Origin: an uncultured virus (IMG/VR IMGVR_UViG_3300031673_000002)
Lineage: Duplodnaviria > Heunggongvirae > Uroviricota > Caudoviricetes
Direction: 5' to 3' (one strand)
Length of the DNA stretch: 64,000 nucleotides
IMG/VR virus record: IMGVR_UViG_3300031673_000002
Positions 28,679 to 38,489 of this stretch are shown piece by piece. A program made the position numbers and the translations under genes. A model generated the notes under the pieces. That model was given only the letters and a program-made list of their open reading frames with translations. It searched no databases and was not told where the DNA came from. Positions within the stretch are counted from its first letter, which is position 1. Each line of letters opens with the position of its first letter.

Positions 28679-30790
28679 TCAGTAGGGATCCGATCCCGGG
28701 TAGCGCCTAGCCAGCCACTCGGCGACCTGCTCCCAGGTCGTGCCGTCGGCCCAGTACACGACACGAGCTATATCACCCTGACAGCCACTGCTGGCGTTAG
28801 GGGCAGCGCCAACGCGGTGCTTCGTACCGTGTGTCTCTGTACCCGCGTTCCCACTCGCTGTTCCGCCAGCGGAATCGCTGACATGCGAAGTCGCGCCATT
28901 GAACTCCAGGGCCATCCAGTGCCATGCGTTCGCGCTGATCGCAGAGGTCGCCGTACTCAACGTCGCCCCCGAATCGGCGGTCGACTTAGCGGGGAGCGGC
29001 GTGCCAAGAACTCGCGCCTGCCATGCCGTGGTGCCGGTATCACTTGCCGACCACACGGCTATGGACAGCCCGGCCTCGGGGCGGAAGACGAGTGCCGCCG
29101 CGCCCGGCTGCGTCTTGGCCGTGAACGTTGACGTGGAGTCCATGTACTCATAGTCGAGACTAAAGTTCACGCGCTGGATGCTGTTGCCGACGGACAGTTG
29201 GCCCACGCCAAGCTCCGGCCCATCGGCGATCCTGAACGTCGGCTGTAGCGTCGCTGACGCCTGGGTCAGATCGTTTGCGCTGGCATCGTCGGTCCATGTG
29301 ACGAGCGCACTTCTATCAGCCTGTGAGATGCTCTCCGCATCCACGTCCAAGAACGGCGTACCTGGCTGCGTGCTGAGCTTCCTGTGCCGCTGCAACCACA
29401 TCTCGACTTCAGCGGCCCTGGCGGCATTGGCCTCAGAGGCTCCGGTGTAGATGATGACGTCGCTCATGTTGCCGTCAACAAAGTTGGCGTATGCGGTGCC
29501 GCCGGAGTTCCAGTTGGCTCCGATGGACAGGGAATCTGGGTCGTTGTCGCCTTCGGTGGCGGCCCCGCTAAGCGTGCCGTCCACATATGTGCCCCCGTTG
29601 CCCGCAGCCGCAGCCGTGAGAAACTGCATATTCGCCCACCGCAGCCGGGTGTTGAACGGGGCCAGCGTGTCCATATCGCTGCCTGCCGCTTGAGTACTAA
29701 AGCCTCGCTGCACGACGTTGTTGGTGTCGACGAAGCAGTAGTAGATGTTGCCGGCGCCGCCCCTGTTCGCGCTGTCTCCGAAAAGCACCTCCGTGGCACC
29801 TGCGCCGTTGAACCGCACGCACGCAGCGTAGAGGTGGATGTCACCCGTCAGCGTTGCATACGCCCCGCCATCAATCGCCTTAGACGTCGTGCCATTGAAC
29901 ACGAATACCTTCTGCTCAGGGCAGTCGGTGTCGAGGCCAACAGTCATGGCCGTACACGTCAGGTCCTCACCGCCGCTGCCTTTGTCTCTCAACGTCGACA
30001 CCGAGCCCACCGGGTAATCGTTCGGATCGTACCAGTGGACAGGATTCCCCGGCGGCACTGGGTTGAACGGGTACGCCTGCTCCAGCCACCGCTCAGCTTC
30101 CAGTGGCGTCGTGCTGTCGTCCCAGAACGTGAGCCTGGCGACGTCAAACGCGCCGTATTCTGTCTGGTCGTTCTTGGCGCCGAGCGTGAGCCCGTCGAGA
30201 CTCGCGGTGCCCATCGTCCCGTCACTGATGACGTGCTGGACCCGCTCGATCGAACAGAACCCGGTCGTGTTGTGGAACGTGCCCACGACCCGAACCCAAC
30301 GGTTCTCCTCAGCAGCGGCGCCACTGTACTGACCGACGTTGCCCGCGTACATCGCCCACGAGTAGTTGTCGGCCACCGCGCGCCGGTAGAACTTGCAGCG
30401 GTTCGTGGCGTCGTCACCGTCGAACATCGCCTCAATCGCGCTGTTCGCAGCGGTCCAACGCATAACAGCAGCGAAGACGATCCCCGTCGACCTTGCCGTG
30501 GTGAGAGAACCGACGAGGGCTTCTGTGTTCGCCTTGTCGAACGACACGTACTGCGCGCCGGGGACTGGTGATCCTGCTCCTGCGGCGACGCACGCGGGGG
30601 CGTTAGAACTCCCGCCCGTCGACAGGTCGCCCGTAGCGTCGCTGCCCCCGTTTGACCATGTCGCGATATCCCCCGGCGTGAGGCCCTCGGCGTTGTAGTC
30701 CGCGAAGGGAGCACCAGGGGCAGGCACGGGCGCGAAGACGCTGGGTCTCACCGCGTTCGTAAGCGTATTTGGGTTGATGTATCCAATCAT
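28679..30790 (-). CDS. Modular LamG-like repeat protein, architecture ABC
   Basis: Same three modules as 3271-7407; ends RRYPGSDPY. Confidence 0.75.
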   Translation of the reverse strand: MIGYINPNTLTNAVRPSVFAPVPAPGAPFADYNAEGLTPGDIATWSNGGSDATGDLSTGGSSNAPACVAAGAGSPVPGAQYVSFDKANTEALVGSLTTARSTGIVFAAVMRWTAANSAIEAMFDGDDATNRCKFYRRAVADNYSWAMYAGNVGQYSGAAAEENRWVRVVGTFHNTTGFCSIERVQHVISDGTMGTASLDGLTLGAKNDQTEYGAFDVARLTFWDDSTTPLEAERWLEQAYPFNPVPPGNPVHWYDPNDYPVGSVSTLRDKGSGGEDLTCTAMTVGLDTDCPEQKVFVFNGTTSKAIDGGAYATLTGDIHLYAACVRFNGAGATEVLFGDSANRGGAGNIYYCFVDTNNVVQRGFSTQAAGSDMDTLAPFNTRLRWANMQFLTAAAAGNGGTYVDGTLSGAATEGDNDPDSLSIGANWNSGGTAYANFVDGNMSDVIIYTGASEANAARAAEVEMWLQRHRKLSTQPGTPFLDVDAESISQADRSALVTWTDDASANDLTQASATLQPTFRIADGPELGVGQLSVGNSIQRVNFSLDYEYMDSTSTFTAKTQPGAAALVFRPEAGLSIAVWSASDTGTTAWQARVLGTPLPAKSTADSGATLSTATSAISANAWHWMALEFNGATSHVSDSAGGTASGNAGTETHGTKHRVGAAPNASSGCQGDIARVVYWADGTTWEQVAEWLARRYPGSDPY

Positions 30791-30793
30791 GAT

Positions 30794-33595
30794 CTAGTAT
30801 GGATCCACGCCTGGGTAACGGCGAGCCATGTACTCAGCGAGCGCCTCGACCGATGAACCCTGCGCCGCGATAACGCGAGCCGCAGACCCAACAAATGGGT
30901 TTGTATCTGCGGGGCTTGCGAACAGACGGCTTTTTGTTCCCTGGCTTTCAGCACCAACTGTGCCTGAAGCCGTTCCTCCCATAGAGTCGCGGATCTCACC
31001 GGTAGTGTTGGAGAACTCGTAGACCGTCCAGTGCCAGACGTTATCGGTAAGGTTGGTCGAGGTAATCAAGAGCGTTCCTGCATCCGATTGGGAGCGATAC
31101 AGACCAGAGGCAGGCACTTTCAGTCGCGCCCCCCAGTTAGTTGCGTCGGTGTCGGACCCGTACAGGTACGTCAACTCCGCGCCAGAAGCTGCCTCCTCGT
31201 TTCGCCAAACGACAGCCACAACACCGGGTTGAGTCTTCGCGGTGTACGCCGACAAGCTGTCCATCTTGTCGCCACTGAGGACAAGAACTCGCTTTGACAA
31301 GCGGTGTCCGACTTGTGGCTCTGGCCCATCGGCGGCCTTGAACGTCGGACGATCGCTACCGACTGCTACGAAGCTGCTCTCGCTTCCGTTGTTCGCCCAC
31401 GTATCGATGAGATCACCATCCCCTAGAGAGAGCGTCTCCGCGTCGACATCATCAAAGGGGGCGACAGGAAGTGTCGACAATCTACGGTGACGCTGGAGCC
31501 ACTGCTCTACTTCAGCAGCACGGGCAGCATTGGCTTCGGATGCTCCTGCGTAGATGATTACGTCGGACATGCGTCCTTCGAGGAAACTAGAGTAACTGCC
31601 GCTGTACGACCCACCGACACACAGACCGTCCGGTGTTTGGTCTCCCTCGTCGCCGACACCGCTTATTGACCCATCGACGTAGCAAGCACCACTACCCGCG
31701 GCGGCGGCCATGTGGAAGGAAACGTTCAACCAACGGGTCGAGGTGTTGAACGGGGCGAGTGTGTCCAAATCCTCGCCGTAGATGTTGATACCGAGGTGGC
31801 GGCGGATGATGTTGTCCGTGGACAAATAGCAAGAGAAGGTGCTTGCCCCATGCTCCGACTGCGCGAACAACGCCCGGGAAACTCCGGCCGTCTCGGGCCG
31901 GACGCAGGCAGAAATCAGAATGTCATTTGAGGCTAGATTAAACGCGCCGTCGTCTATCGCCTTGCTCGTAGTGCCATTGAATTTGAACACCTTTTGCTCA
32001 GGACAATCAGCATCGTATGCAATCTCAAGATCGGTGCAAACGAGGTTCTCCCCGCCGCTGCCCTTGTCATTGAGGGTGGCAACGTTACCGGCACCAGGCG
32101 CCGACGGATAGCCAAGATTTGCATAAAGGATGCCTACCTCTGCGGCGCTTAGCTCACGGTCAAAGATGGCAGTCTCATCCATCTCCCCGTCGACAAAGGA
32201 ACTCGGTGAAGCGTCGTCACGGGCCCCAATAAACACAGAGTTACTGTTTAGCGTTGCGATTGGGTCGCCATCTGCGCCAGTCGTGACAGCGACAGACACT
32301 CCGTTCACATATATCTTTAGTCCGGCCACAGTATTGCTGCCGTCATAGGTGAAGACGGCGTGTCGCCAGGTATCATCCCGATGTGTGAGTGTTTGAGTAT
32401 AAACGTAGCGCGCGGCGGAGAAAGGGGCGTTAGAAAGACTGAATCCGAGAGAACCATCAGGGTTTACGAATGTCTGCCAACCACTGGCGGTGTTATATCT
32501 GTACTTGCTAACGAGTGTCGCATAGTTACCTCCGGTCGGCATTTTGAACCAACATGAAACAGAGAATGTGTCCGTAACATCGAAGTCCAACGCGGCCTGA
32601 TTGCCCACGTCGAGGTATTGAGTCGTGCCATTGAACGTATAGGCTTCATTCCGCTGTCCTGCTACACCGGTAGTTGGGGATGCTACAAGTGTTGCATCAA
32701 GTCCAGTACCCAGCACATCAGTAAGCGTGCTACCCGAAGTGTCAGCGTCGTCAAATGACCAGTGCGCTATAAGTCCAGGTATAGCCTGATCAGCGCTTAG
32801 AGCGTAGTCATTCGGATCCCACCAGTGGACTGGATTCCCAGGCGGTACTGGGTCAAAGTAGTAGTTTTCTTCCAGCCAGCGTTCAGCTTCGAGGACTGTG
32901 GTGCCGTCCTCCCACATGGTGAGACGAGCGAGGTCAAAGTTGCCGAAGTTTGTGCCCAAATAGGTGCCGCCTAACGTGACCCCGTCTAGGTTATTGGTTC
33001 CCGTGTTCGCCGCGCTGAGGCGCGTTGCGCGCTCGACCGATAGTAGCCCGTCGTTTGCTACACCCAGCTTGCCTACGACGCGGACCCACTTATCTACCTC
33101 TGCGGTAGTTGACGAGTCCTGCACGGTTCCTGCGTACAGCTCCCACGCGCCCCCTTGACTGCTCTGCATGCGACGAAAGATCATTCGATTGGTTACATCA
33201 TCGCCGTCTAGTAGGTTTTGGATATTAGAGGTTGCTGCGCCGTTCCACCGCATGACCGCTGCAAACACCACCTCGCCCGTCCTGGTCGTCGTCAGCGCTC
33301 CTTGTAGTGCCTCCGTGTTGGCGAGGTCGAACCTGACATACTTGACCCCAGGAACGGGAGAACCTGCCCCAGCAGCAATACATTCGGGAGCATTGGCTGA
33401 TCCAAACGTCGTCACGTCACCCGTGGCATCAGAGCCGTCGTTAACCCAAGTGGTTACATTTCCTGGACTTAACCCTTGTGCATTGAAGTCGGCAAAAGGG
33501 GCGCCTGGTGGGGCGCCTGGCGTGAAGGCGAGCGTCGGTAGGCGGCCTACGCTGGCAGCAAGAGACGGATCACGGAGTCCAAAGGTACTAGGCAT
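30794..33595 (-). CDS. Modular LamG-like repeat protein, A-B(+inserted LamG)-C, 933 aa
   Basis: Likely start MPSTFGLRDP at 33595 (TGATG overlap); ends RRYPGVDPY. Confidence 0.75.
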   Translation of the reverse strand: MPSTFGLRDPSLAASVGRLPTLAFTPGAPPGAPFADFNAQGLSPGNVTTWVNDGSDATGDVTTFGSANAPECIAAGAGSPVPGVKYVRFDLANTEALQGALTTTRTGEVVFAAVMRWNGAATSNIQNLLDGDDVTNRMIFRRMQSSQGGAWELYAGTVQDSSTTAEVDKWVRVVGKLGVANDGLLSVERATRLSAANTGTNNLDGVTLGGTYLGTNFGNFDLARLTMWEDGTTVLEAERWLEENYYFDPVPPGNPVHWWDPNDYALSADQAIPGLIAHWSFDDADTSGSTLTDVLGTGLDATLVASPTTGVAGQRNEAYTFNGTTQYLDVGNQAALDFDVTDTFSVSCWFKMPTGGNYATLVSKYRYNTASGWQTFVNPDGSLGFSLSNAPFSAARYVYTQTLTHRDDTWRHAVFTYDGSNTVAGLKIYVNGVSVAVTTGADGDPIATLNSNSVFIGARDDASPSSFVDGEMDETAIFDRELSAAEVGILYANLGYPSAPGAGNVATLNDKGSGGENLVCTDLEIAYDADCPEQKVFKFNGTTSKAIDDGAFNLASNDILISACVRPETAGVSRALFAQSEHGASTFSCYLSTDNIIRRHLGINIYGEDLDTLAPFNTSTRWLNVSFHMAAAAGSGACYVDGSISGVGDEGDQTPDGLCVGGSYSGSYSSFLEGRMSDVIIYAGASEANAARAAEVEQWLQRHRRLSTLPVAPFDDVDAETLSLGDGDLIDTWANNGSESSFVAVGSDRPTFKAADGPEPQVGHRLSKRVLVLSGDKMDSLSAYTAKTQPGVVAVVWRNEEAASGAELTYLYGSDTDATNWGARLKVPASGLYRSQSDAGTLLITSTNLTDNVWHWTVYEFSNTTGEIRDSMGGTASGTVGAESQGTKSRLFASPADTNPFVGSAARVIAAQGSSVEALAEYMARRYPGVDPY

Positions 33596-36500
33596 CAGTA
33601 TGGATCCACGCCTGGGTAACGGCGGCGGGCGTACTCGACGACCTGCTCCCAGGGTGTGCCGTCGCCCCAAATGATTACGCGACCAAGGTCCCCGCGCATT
33701 GGCGAAGCCTCGCCCTGCGAGGAACCTACGGTGATCCTGTCTGCGAAATTTTCTGAGCCGGTGCCGGTAGACCCCGTCGTGCCAGATTCCCATGAAGGTT
33801 CGATATGTCCGTCTGTAGTGTGTCCGAACTCGGTCGCTATCCAGAGCCACTCGTTCTGCGGCACGGTGGTTGCGTGGTTCAACGTGGCCCCAGCGTTAGC
33901 CCCGATATTCGCGCCGCCTGCGCTCACCCACGTCGTCCACAAGGACCCGCCGAGGTCGGACCCTAGAGGGGCACACTGTGTGGTGAAGTCCTCCAAGCGC
34001 ATGACTGCAAGCATCGCCCCCGGCTGCGTTTCGAGAACTTCGCCATCGGGTGTAAGCATGTTTTGTGGGATCGATGGATCGTGGTGGACCCGCTTGCCCC
34101 CCTCGGGACCGCCTGCCGCGTAGAACGTTGGGCGTGCCGTTCCTGTCTGCGTGGCATCGTTCTCGCTGCCGTTGTTAGCCCACGTCGACACTGGGTCTGC
34201 GTCGGTGAGGCTCAGACTCTCCGCATCGAAGTCACCGAACGGCACACCCGGAATCGTAGCCAACCGGCGGTGGCGTTGGAGCCATTGCTCGACCTCGGCA
34301 GCGCGAGCAGCGTTGGCCTCATCGGCTCCGGCGTAGATGAGGACGTCGGACATTCGACCGGTGAAGTAGTTGAGGTACCCCGCTGTGTACTGAGCGCCGA
34401 TACACAAGCCGTCTGGGTTTTGGTCTCCCTCGCTCCCAACACCGCTCTGTGATCCGTCGACGTAGCAGGCACCATTACCAGAGGCGCTGACAGCAAGGAA
34501 GGAAAGATTCAACCAACGGGTAGAGGTGTTAAACGGTGCGAGGATATTGATATTCTCACCGCCCACGTTGCTACCTAAGTTGCGCCGGATGGTGTTTGTC
34601 GCAGACAAATAGCAGGAGAGGGTGGTAGTTGAGTATTCCGACTGCCCGAACAGAGTTCGCGTAACCGAAATCGTAGTTGGTCTAACACAAGCGGCAAAGA
34701 TAAGGTCGTCTGAGGCGATACTGAACGCCCCGTCGTCGATCATCTTAGACGTGGTGCCGTTGAACGAGAACACGTTGACGCCGGGCGCGTCCGTGTCGTC
34801 GATGATCGTGAGGTCGGTGGGCGTGAGGTTCTCCCCGCCTGCCCCCTTGTCGACGACGGAACCCGCTCCCGAGAGCGCGCCCACCGCGTAGTCATTCGGA
34901 TCCCACCAGTGAACAGGATTCCCCGGCGGCACGGCGGCGAATGCGTATGTTTCTTCCAGCCAGCGTTCAGCTTCGAGGACTGTGGTGCCGTCCTCCCACA
35001 TGACTAGGCGGGCGAGGTCCATGTCGGCGAAGTCGGTCCCGGAGTAGCGCGCGCCGATGGTTATGCCATCGAGATTGCCTGTGCCTGAGTCTCCAGCGCA
35101 CCGGGTTGCACGTTCGACTGATAGTAAGCCACTACTCGTGCCCAACCTGCCCACGACCCGAACCCACTTGCCTACTTCTGGACGCGCACCCGAGTTGACG
35201 CGCGTACCGGCATACGTAGCCCACCCAAGGGAGGTGTTCGCGATAACTGCCATACGGTTTGTTACGTCGTCGCCATCGAATAGGTACTGATCAGGATTGA
35301 CAGCCGTAAACCGCATGACCGCTGCGAACACCACCTCGCCCGTCCTGGTCGTCGTCAGCGCTCCTTGTAGTGCCTCCGTATTGGCGAGGTCAAATGTGAC
35401 GTACTTGACCCCAGGAACGGGAGAACCTGCCCCGGCAGTAATACACTCGGGAGCATTGGCTGAGCCAAACGTCGTCACGTCACCTGTGGCATCGGATCCA
35501 TCATTGGTCCACGTGGTGACATCGCCAAGATCGACCAACTGTGCATTGTAGTCTGCGAACGGGGCGCCGATCGGGCTAGCCTGGAAAGCTGCTGCGAAGG
35601 CTTCAGGGTACCAGGCTTGTAGCCAAGCATTGACCTCGACGCCGCGCGTAGCGGTAGCCTCGACGGATCCTTGGTACACCATCACTGGCCCCATCGCTCC
35701 GCCGAACCACGAACCGTAGCCTGTGGTGTAGCGCGCGCCGAGCATGAAAGACCTGAGTCCTTCAGTCCCTGCGTCGCCAACACCTAGCGTTTCCCCATCC
35801 GTCCAAATCTGGGACGAAATGCCCGAGTACAAGCCTACTGTTGACAGCCACCTCCGCCTTGTCCCCTTGGGCGCCATCGTATCGAGGTCAATACCACCAA
35901 TGGTTCCACCCCCTGCACTGATATTGATCTTATTAGCATTAGTTAGCCACATTCGAGGGGAGTTAGCTTCCGAGGGCGAAATACTGATAAAGTATTCAGT
36001 TGTGTTATCTTCGTTGGAGCGAACCATCGTCCCGAACAAGACGGGCTGGGCCGTATCCGAGGCGTAGCCTACGTCGATAGCTCGGGAGCTGATACCGTTG
36101 AAGACGAAAGACCTGGAACCGCTCTCGGGATCAATGGCTATGTTTACGTCAGTACATATCAGGTTCTCACCAAAAGAACCGAGATCCGTGAGTGTCGCAA
36201 CGGGGCCGACACTGTAGTGCTCGGGCATCCAGAAATGTCTTGGGTTGCCTGGTGGAACCGCTGTGAAGTCGTAGTTTTCCTCTAGCCATTGCTGTGCTTG
36301 TAGGACTGTGGTGCCGTCCTCCCACATGACTAGGCGGGCGAGGTCCATGTTGGCCCACTGTGTTCCATCGTACTTCGCGCCAAGCGTGATGCCGTCGAGG
36401 TTATTGGCGCCTACGCCGCCTACGACTCGTGCTGCTCGCTCGACGCTTAGTAGGCCGTTGGAGCCTACACGGCCCACCACTCGTACCCACTTATCAACCT

Positions 36501-36987
36501 CGGTAGTAGCGCCGCTGCCCACCTGCGTGCCGGCGTACAACACCCAGTCGCGGCCAGTGCCCGATGTGCCACGAGCTATCGCGTTTCTATTCGTGACGTC
36601 GTCGCCGTCGACGACCACCTGATAATCTGCCGTCGCGGCACCATTCCACCTGACCACGGCAGCAAACACGTTGTCGCCGTTGCGTGACGTAGTAAGCGCT
36701 CCCTGTAATCCTTCCGTATTAGCCAGATCGAACCTGACGTACTTCGCGCCAGGAACAGGAGAACCTGCCCCGGCAGTAATACACTCGGGGGCATTGGCTG
36801 AGCCAAACGTCGTCACGTCACCCGTGGCATCGGATCCGTCATTGGCCCACGTGGTAACATCACCTGGACTTAACCCTTGTGCATTGAAGTCGGCGAACGG
36901 GACTCCAGGCGGGGCACTGGGTGTAATTGGCGTGGGGTGCGCGGCTACGGCAACGCCGAGGAACGTAGGGTCGGAGAGGCTGAGCAC
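33595..36987 (-). CDS. Modular LamG-like repeat protein, architecture A-B'-A-B-C
   Basis: Internal duplication of the A and B modules; ends RRYPGVDPY. Confidence 0.75.
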   Translation of the reverse strand: MLSLSDPTFLGVAVAAHPTPITPSAPPGVPFADFNAQGLSPGDVTTWANDGSDATGDVTTFGSANAPECITAGAGSPVPGAKYVRFDLANTEGLQGALTTSRNGDNVFAAVVRWNGAATADYQVVVDGDDVTNRNAIARGTSGTGRDWVLYAGTQVGSGATTEVDKWVRVVGRVGSNGLLSVERAARVVGGVGANNLDGITLGAKYDGTQWANMDLARLVMWEDGTTVLQAQQWLEENYDFTAVPPGNPRHFWMPEHYSVGPVATLTDLGSFGENLICTDVNIAIDPESGSRSFVFNGISSRAIDVGYASDTAQPVLFGTMVRSNEDNTTEYFISISPSEANSPRMWLTNANKINISAGGGTIGGIDLDTMAPKGTRRRWLSTVGLYSGISSQIWTDGETLGVGDAGTEGLRSFMLGARYTTGYGSWFGGAMGPVMVYQGSVEATATRGVEVNAWLQAWYPEAFAAAFQASPIGAPFADYNAQLVDLGDVTTWTNDGSDATGDVTTFGSANAPECITAGAGSPVPGVKYVTFDLANTEALQGALTTTRTGEVVFAAVMRFTAVNPDQYLFDGDDVTNRMAVIANTSLGWATYAGTRVNSGARPEVGKWVRVVGRLGTSSGLLSVERATRCAGDSGTGNLDGITIGARYSGTDFADMDLARLVMWEDGTTVLEAERWLEETYAFAAVPPGNPVHWWDPNDYAVGALSGAGSVVDKGAGGENLTPTDLTIIDDTDAPGVNVFSFNGTTSKMIDDGAFSIASDDLIFAACVRPTTISVTRTLFGQSEYSTTTLSCYLSATNTIRRNLGSNVGGENINILAPFNTSTRWLNLSFLAVSASGNGACYVDGSQSGVGSEGDQNPDGLCIGAQYTAGYLNYFTGRMSDVLIYAGADEANAARAAEVEQWLQRHRRLATIPGVPFGDFDAESLSLTDADPVSTWANNGSENDATQTGTARPTFYAAGGPEGGKRVHHDPSIPQNMLTPDGEVLETQPGAMLAVMRLEDFTTQCAPLGSDLGGSLWTTWVSAGGANIGANAGATLNHATTVPQNEWLWIATEFGHTTDGHIEPSWESGTTGSTGTGSENFADRITVGSSQGEASPMRGDLGRVIIWGDGTPWEQVVEYARRRYPGVDPY

Positions 36988-37050
36988 ATAAGAGGATGCC
37001 TAGCAGCCGTGGAGCTTGACACGGCACTTCGCATCCCCGAAAAGTAGTGG

Positions 37051-37734
37051 ATGAGCACTACCAATGCCTCTGTCCTATCTCGACCAGCCATCCGCGACGC
37101 CATTGAGGCCAAAGAGGTCCTCATCTCTCCTTTCGATGAAAGGCAGCTTGGCAACTGTTCGTACGATGTTCGTCTGGGCGAGTGGTACTACCTCGAACAG
37201 CGAGGCATCCCTGGCGCCAGCATCATCAACCCCTATGATCCTGATTCTGTGAAGGCGATGTGGGGCGAGCCGCTGAAGGCTCATGTGAACGAGGAGCATC
37301 CGCTCCCCGGCATCCCGGTCGGTACCCCCTTCATTCGCCTCGCGCCTGGAGCTTGTGCTCTATGCCATACAGAAGAGTTCATCGGAGGCATCGACTCCAC
37401 CATCACCACGATGATGCATGGTCGGTCGAGCATCGGGCGCAACTTCATTCAGATCGAGTGTGCTGGTTGGGGCGATATCGGGTTTGCCCAGCGCTGGACG
37501 ATGGAGGTGAAGAACCTCTCGCAGCATAGACACGCGATCCTTGTCCCCGGTCGGCGCGTCGGGCAGATCATCTTCTTCCGTACCACGGGGGATGCAAGCC
37601 CCTACCACCAAGGTGGGTTCGGCGGGAAGTACCAGTCGAGCGACCTGCGAGGAAAGACACACGAGCAGCTTCTCGAAGAGTGGTCACCCAACATGATGTT
37701 GCCACGGGCATACCTTGATTGGGAGCTTTCATGA
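37051..37734 (+). CDS. dcd: dCTP deaminase
   Basis: SYDVRLG, LCHTEEFIG, GRSSIGR, AGWGDIGF, WTMEV, GQIIF, GKYQ. Confidence 0.92.
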   Translation: MSTTNASVLSRPAIRDAIEAKEVLISPFDERQLGNCSYDVRLGEWYYLEQRGIPGASIINPYDPDSVKAMWGEPLKAHVNEEHPLPGIPVGTPFIRLAPGACALCHTEEFIGGIDSTITTMMHGRSSIGRNFIQIECAGWGDIGFAQRWTMEVKNLSQHRHAILVPGRRVGQIIFFRTTGDASPYHQGGFGGKYQSSDLRGKTHEQLLEEWSPNMMLPRAYLDWELS

Positions 37735-37964
37735 GCCTGTATAGCAAAAGGTCGTCTGACCTAGCGGTCGAGGGTGTCGAGATTCGCGTCACGAACGGGA
37801 CTCCGGAGACGAAGGCAGAGCTTGTCATCGGAAGCAAGATGTCGATCAAGGCAGCGGGCAAGACGCTGCGTGTGTCCCTCTCCAAAGATGGCAAGCACTT
37901 GGAGATCGAGCTTATGCGCGAGCAGGGCACCAAGAACGAGTCTGTGGTGAGGATGTCGCTATGA
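37731..37964 (+). CDS. Hypothetical protein
   Basis: ATGA-coupled. Confidence 0.6.
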   Translation: MSLYSKRSSDLAVEGVEIRVTNGTPETKAELVIGSKMSIKAAGKTLRVSLSKDGKHLEIELMREQGTKNESVVRMSL

Positions 37965-38428
37965 CCAAAGGCATCGAAGTGGACGCAGTCATCATCCTTG
38001 CTTCCAAGGGTGAGGTGCGGACGCACTGGGATATCAAAGCCCGTGTTGTGCGCGCGGATGGGCCGAAGGTGAGCGTGGAGCAGGACCACTGGCTGAGCAT
38101 GAACCGGCTCGTCGGTACGCTCGTCAACCTCCACTACGCCGGCCCCATCATGAAGAACCTCAGCATCCGCTCCGGGATCCTGTTCCGCATGTCGCTTCCT
38201 GTGGAAGCGGTAGAGGTGGCGTTGAGCGATATCGTCGAGGGGATGGAGCCTACGATCATGGTTACGTCGTCGGAGATCATCCGCCCGATGGCAGAGCCTT
38301 GTGTCCGGGTTCCGCTCTCGGTGCTTCGTGAGCTACGCGGCCAGGAAGCCGGGATCGAATCCACACGGCGGGCTCTGGTTAAGACGTGGTCGCAAGACAG
38401 GCGAACGGGTAACGCTGCTGGTAAGTAG
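37961..38428 (+). CDS. Hypothetical protein
   Basis: ATGA-coupled. Confidence 0.6.
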   Translation: MTKGIEVDAVIILASKGEVRTHWDIKARVVRADGPKVSVEQDHWLSMNRLVGTLVNLHYAGPIMKNLSIRSGILFRMSLPVEAVEVALSDIVEGMEPTIMVTSSEIIRPMAEPCVRVPLSVLRELRGQEAGIESTRRALVKTWSQDRRTGNAAGK

Positions 38429-38489
38429 CTTGACGGCGGGCTTCTAGTCTTCTCTACTCGCCTTCCTCTACCGTAAGGGAGCTACCCCC

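Noticed and set aside
28679..36987. Diversity-generating retroelement (TR/VR pairs)
   Set aside because: No reverse transcriptase in the window; the repeats are all coding and differences are mostly synonymous rather than adenine-specific
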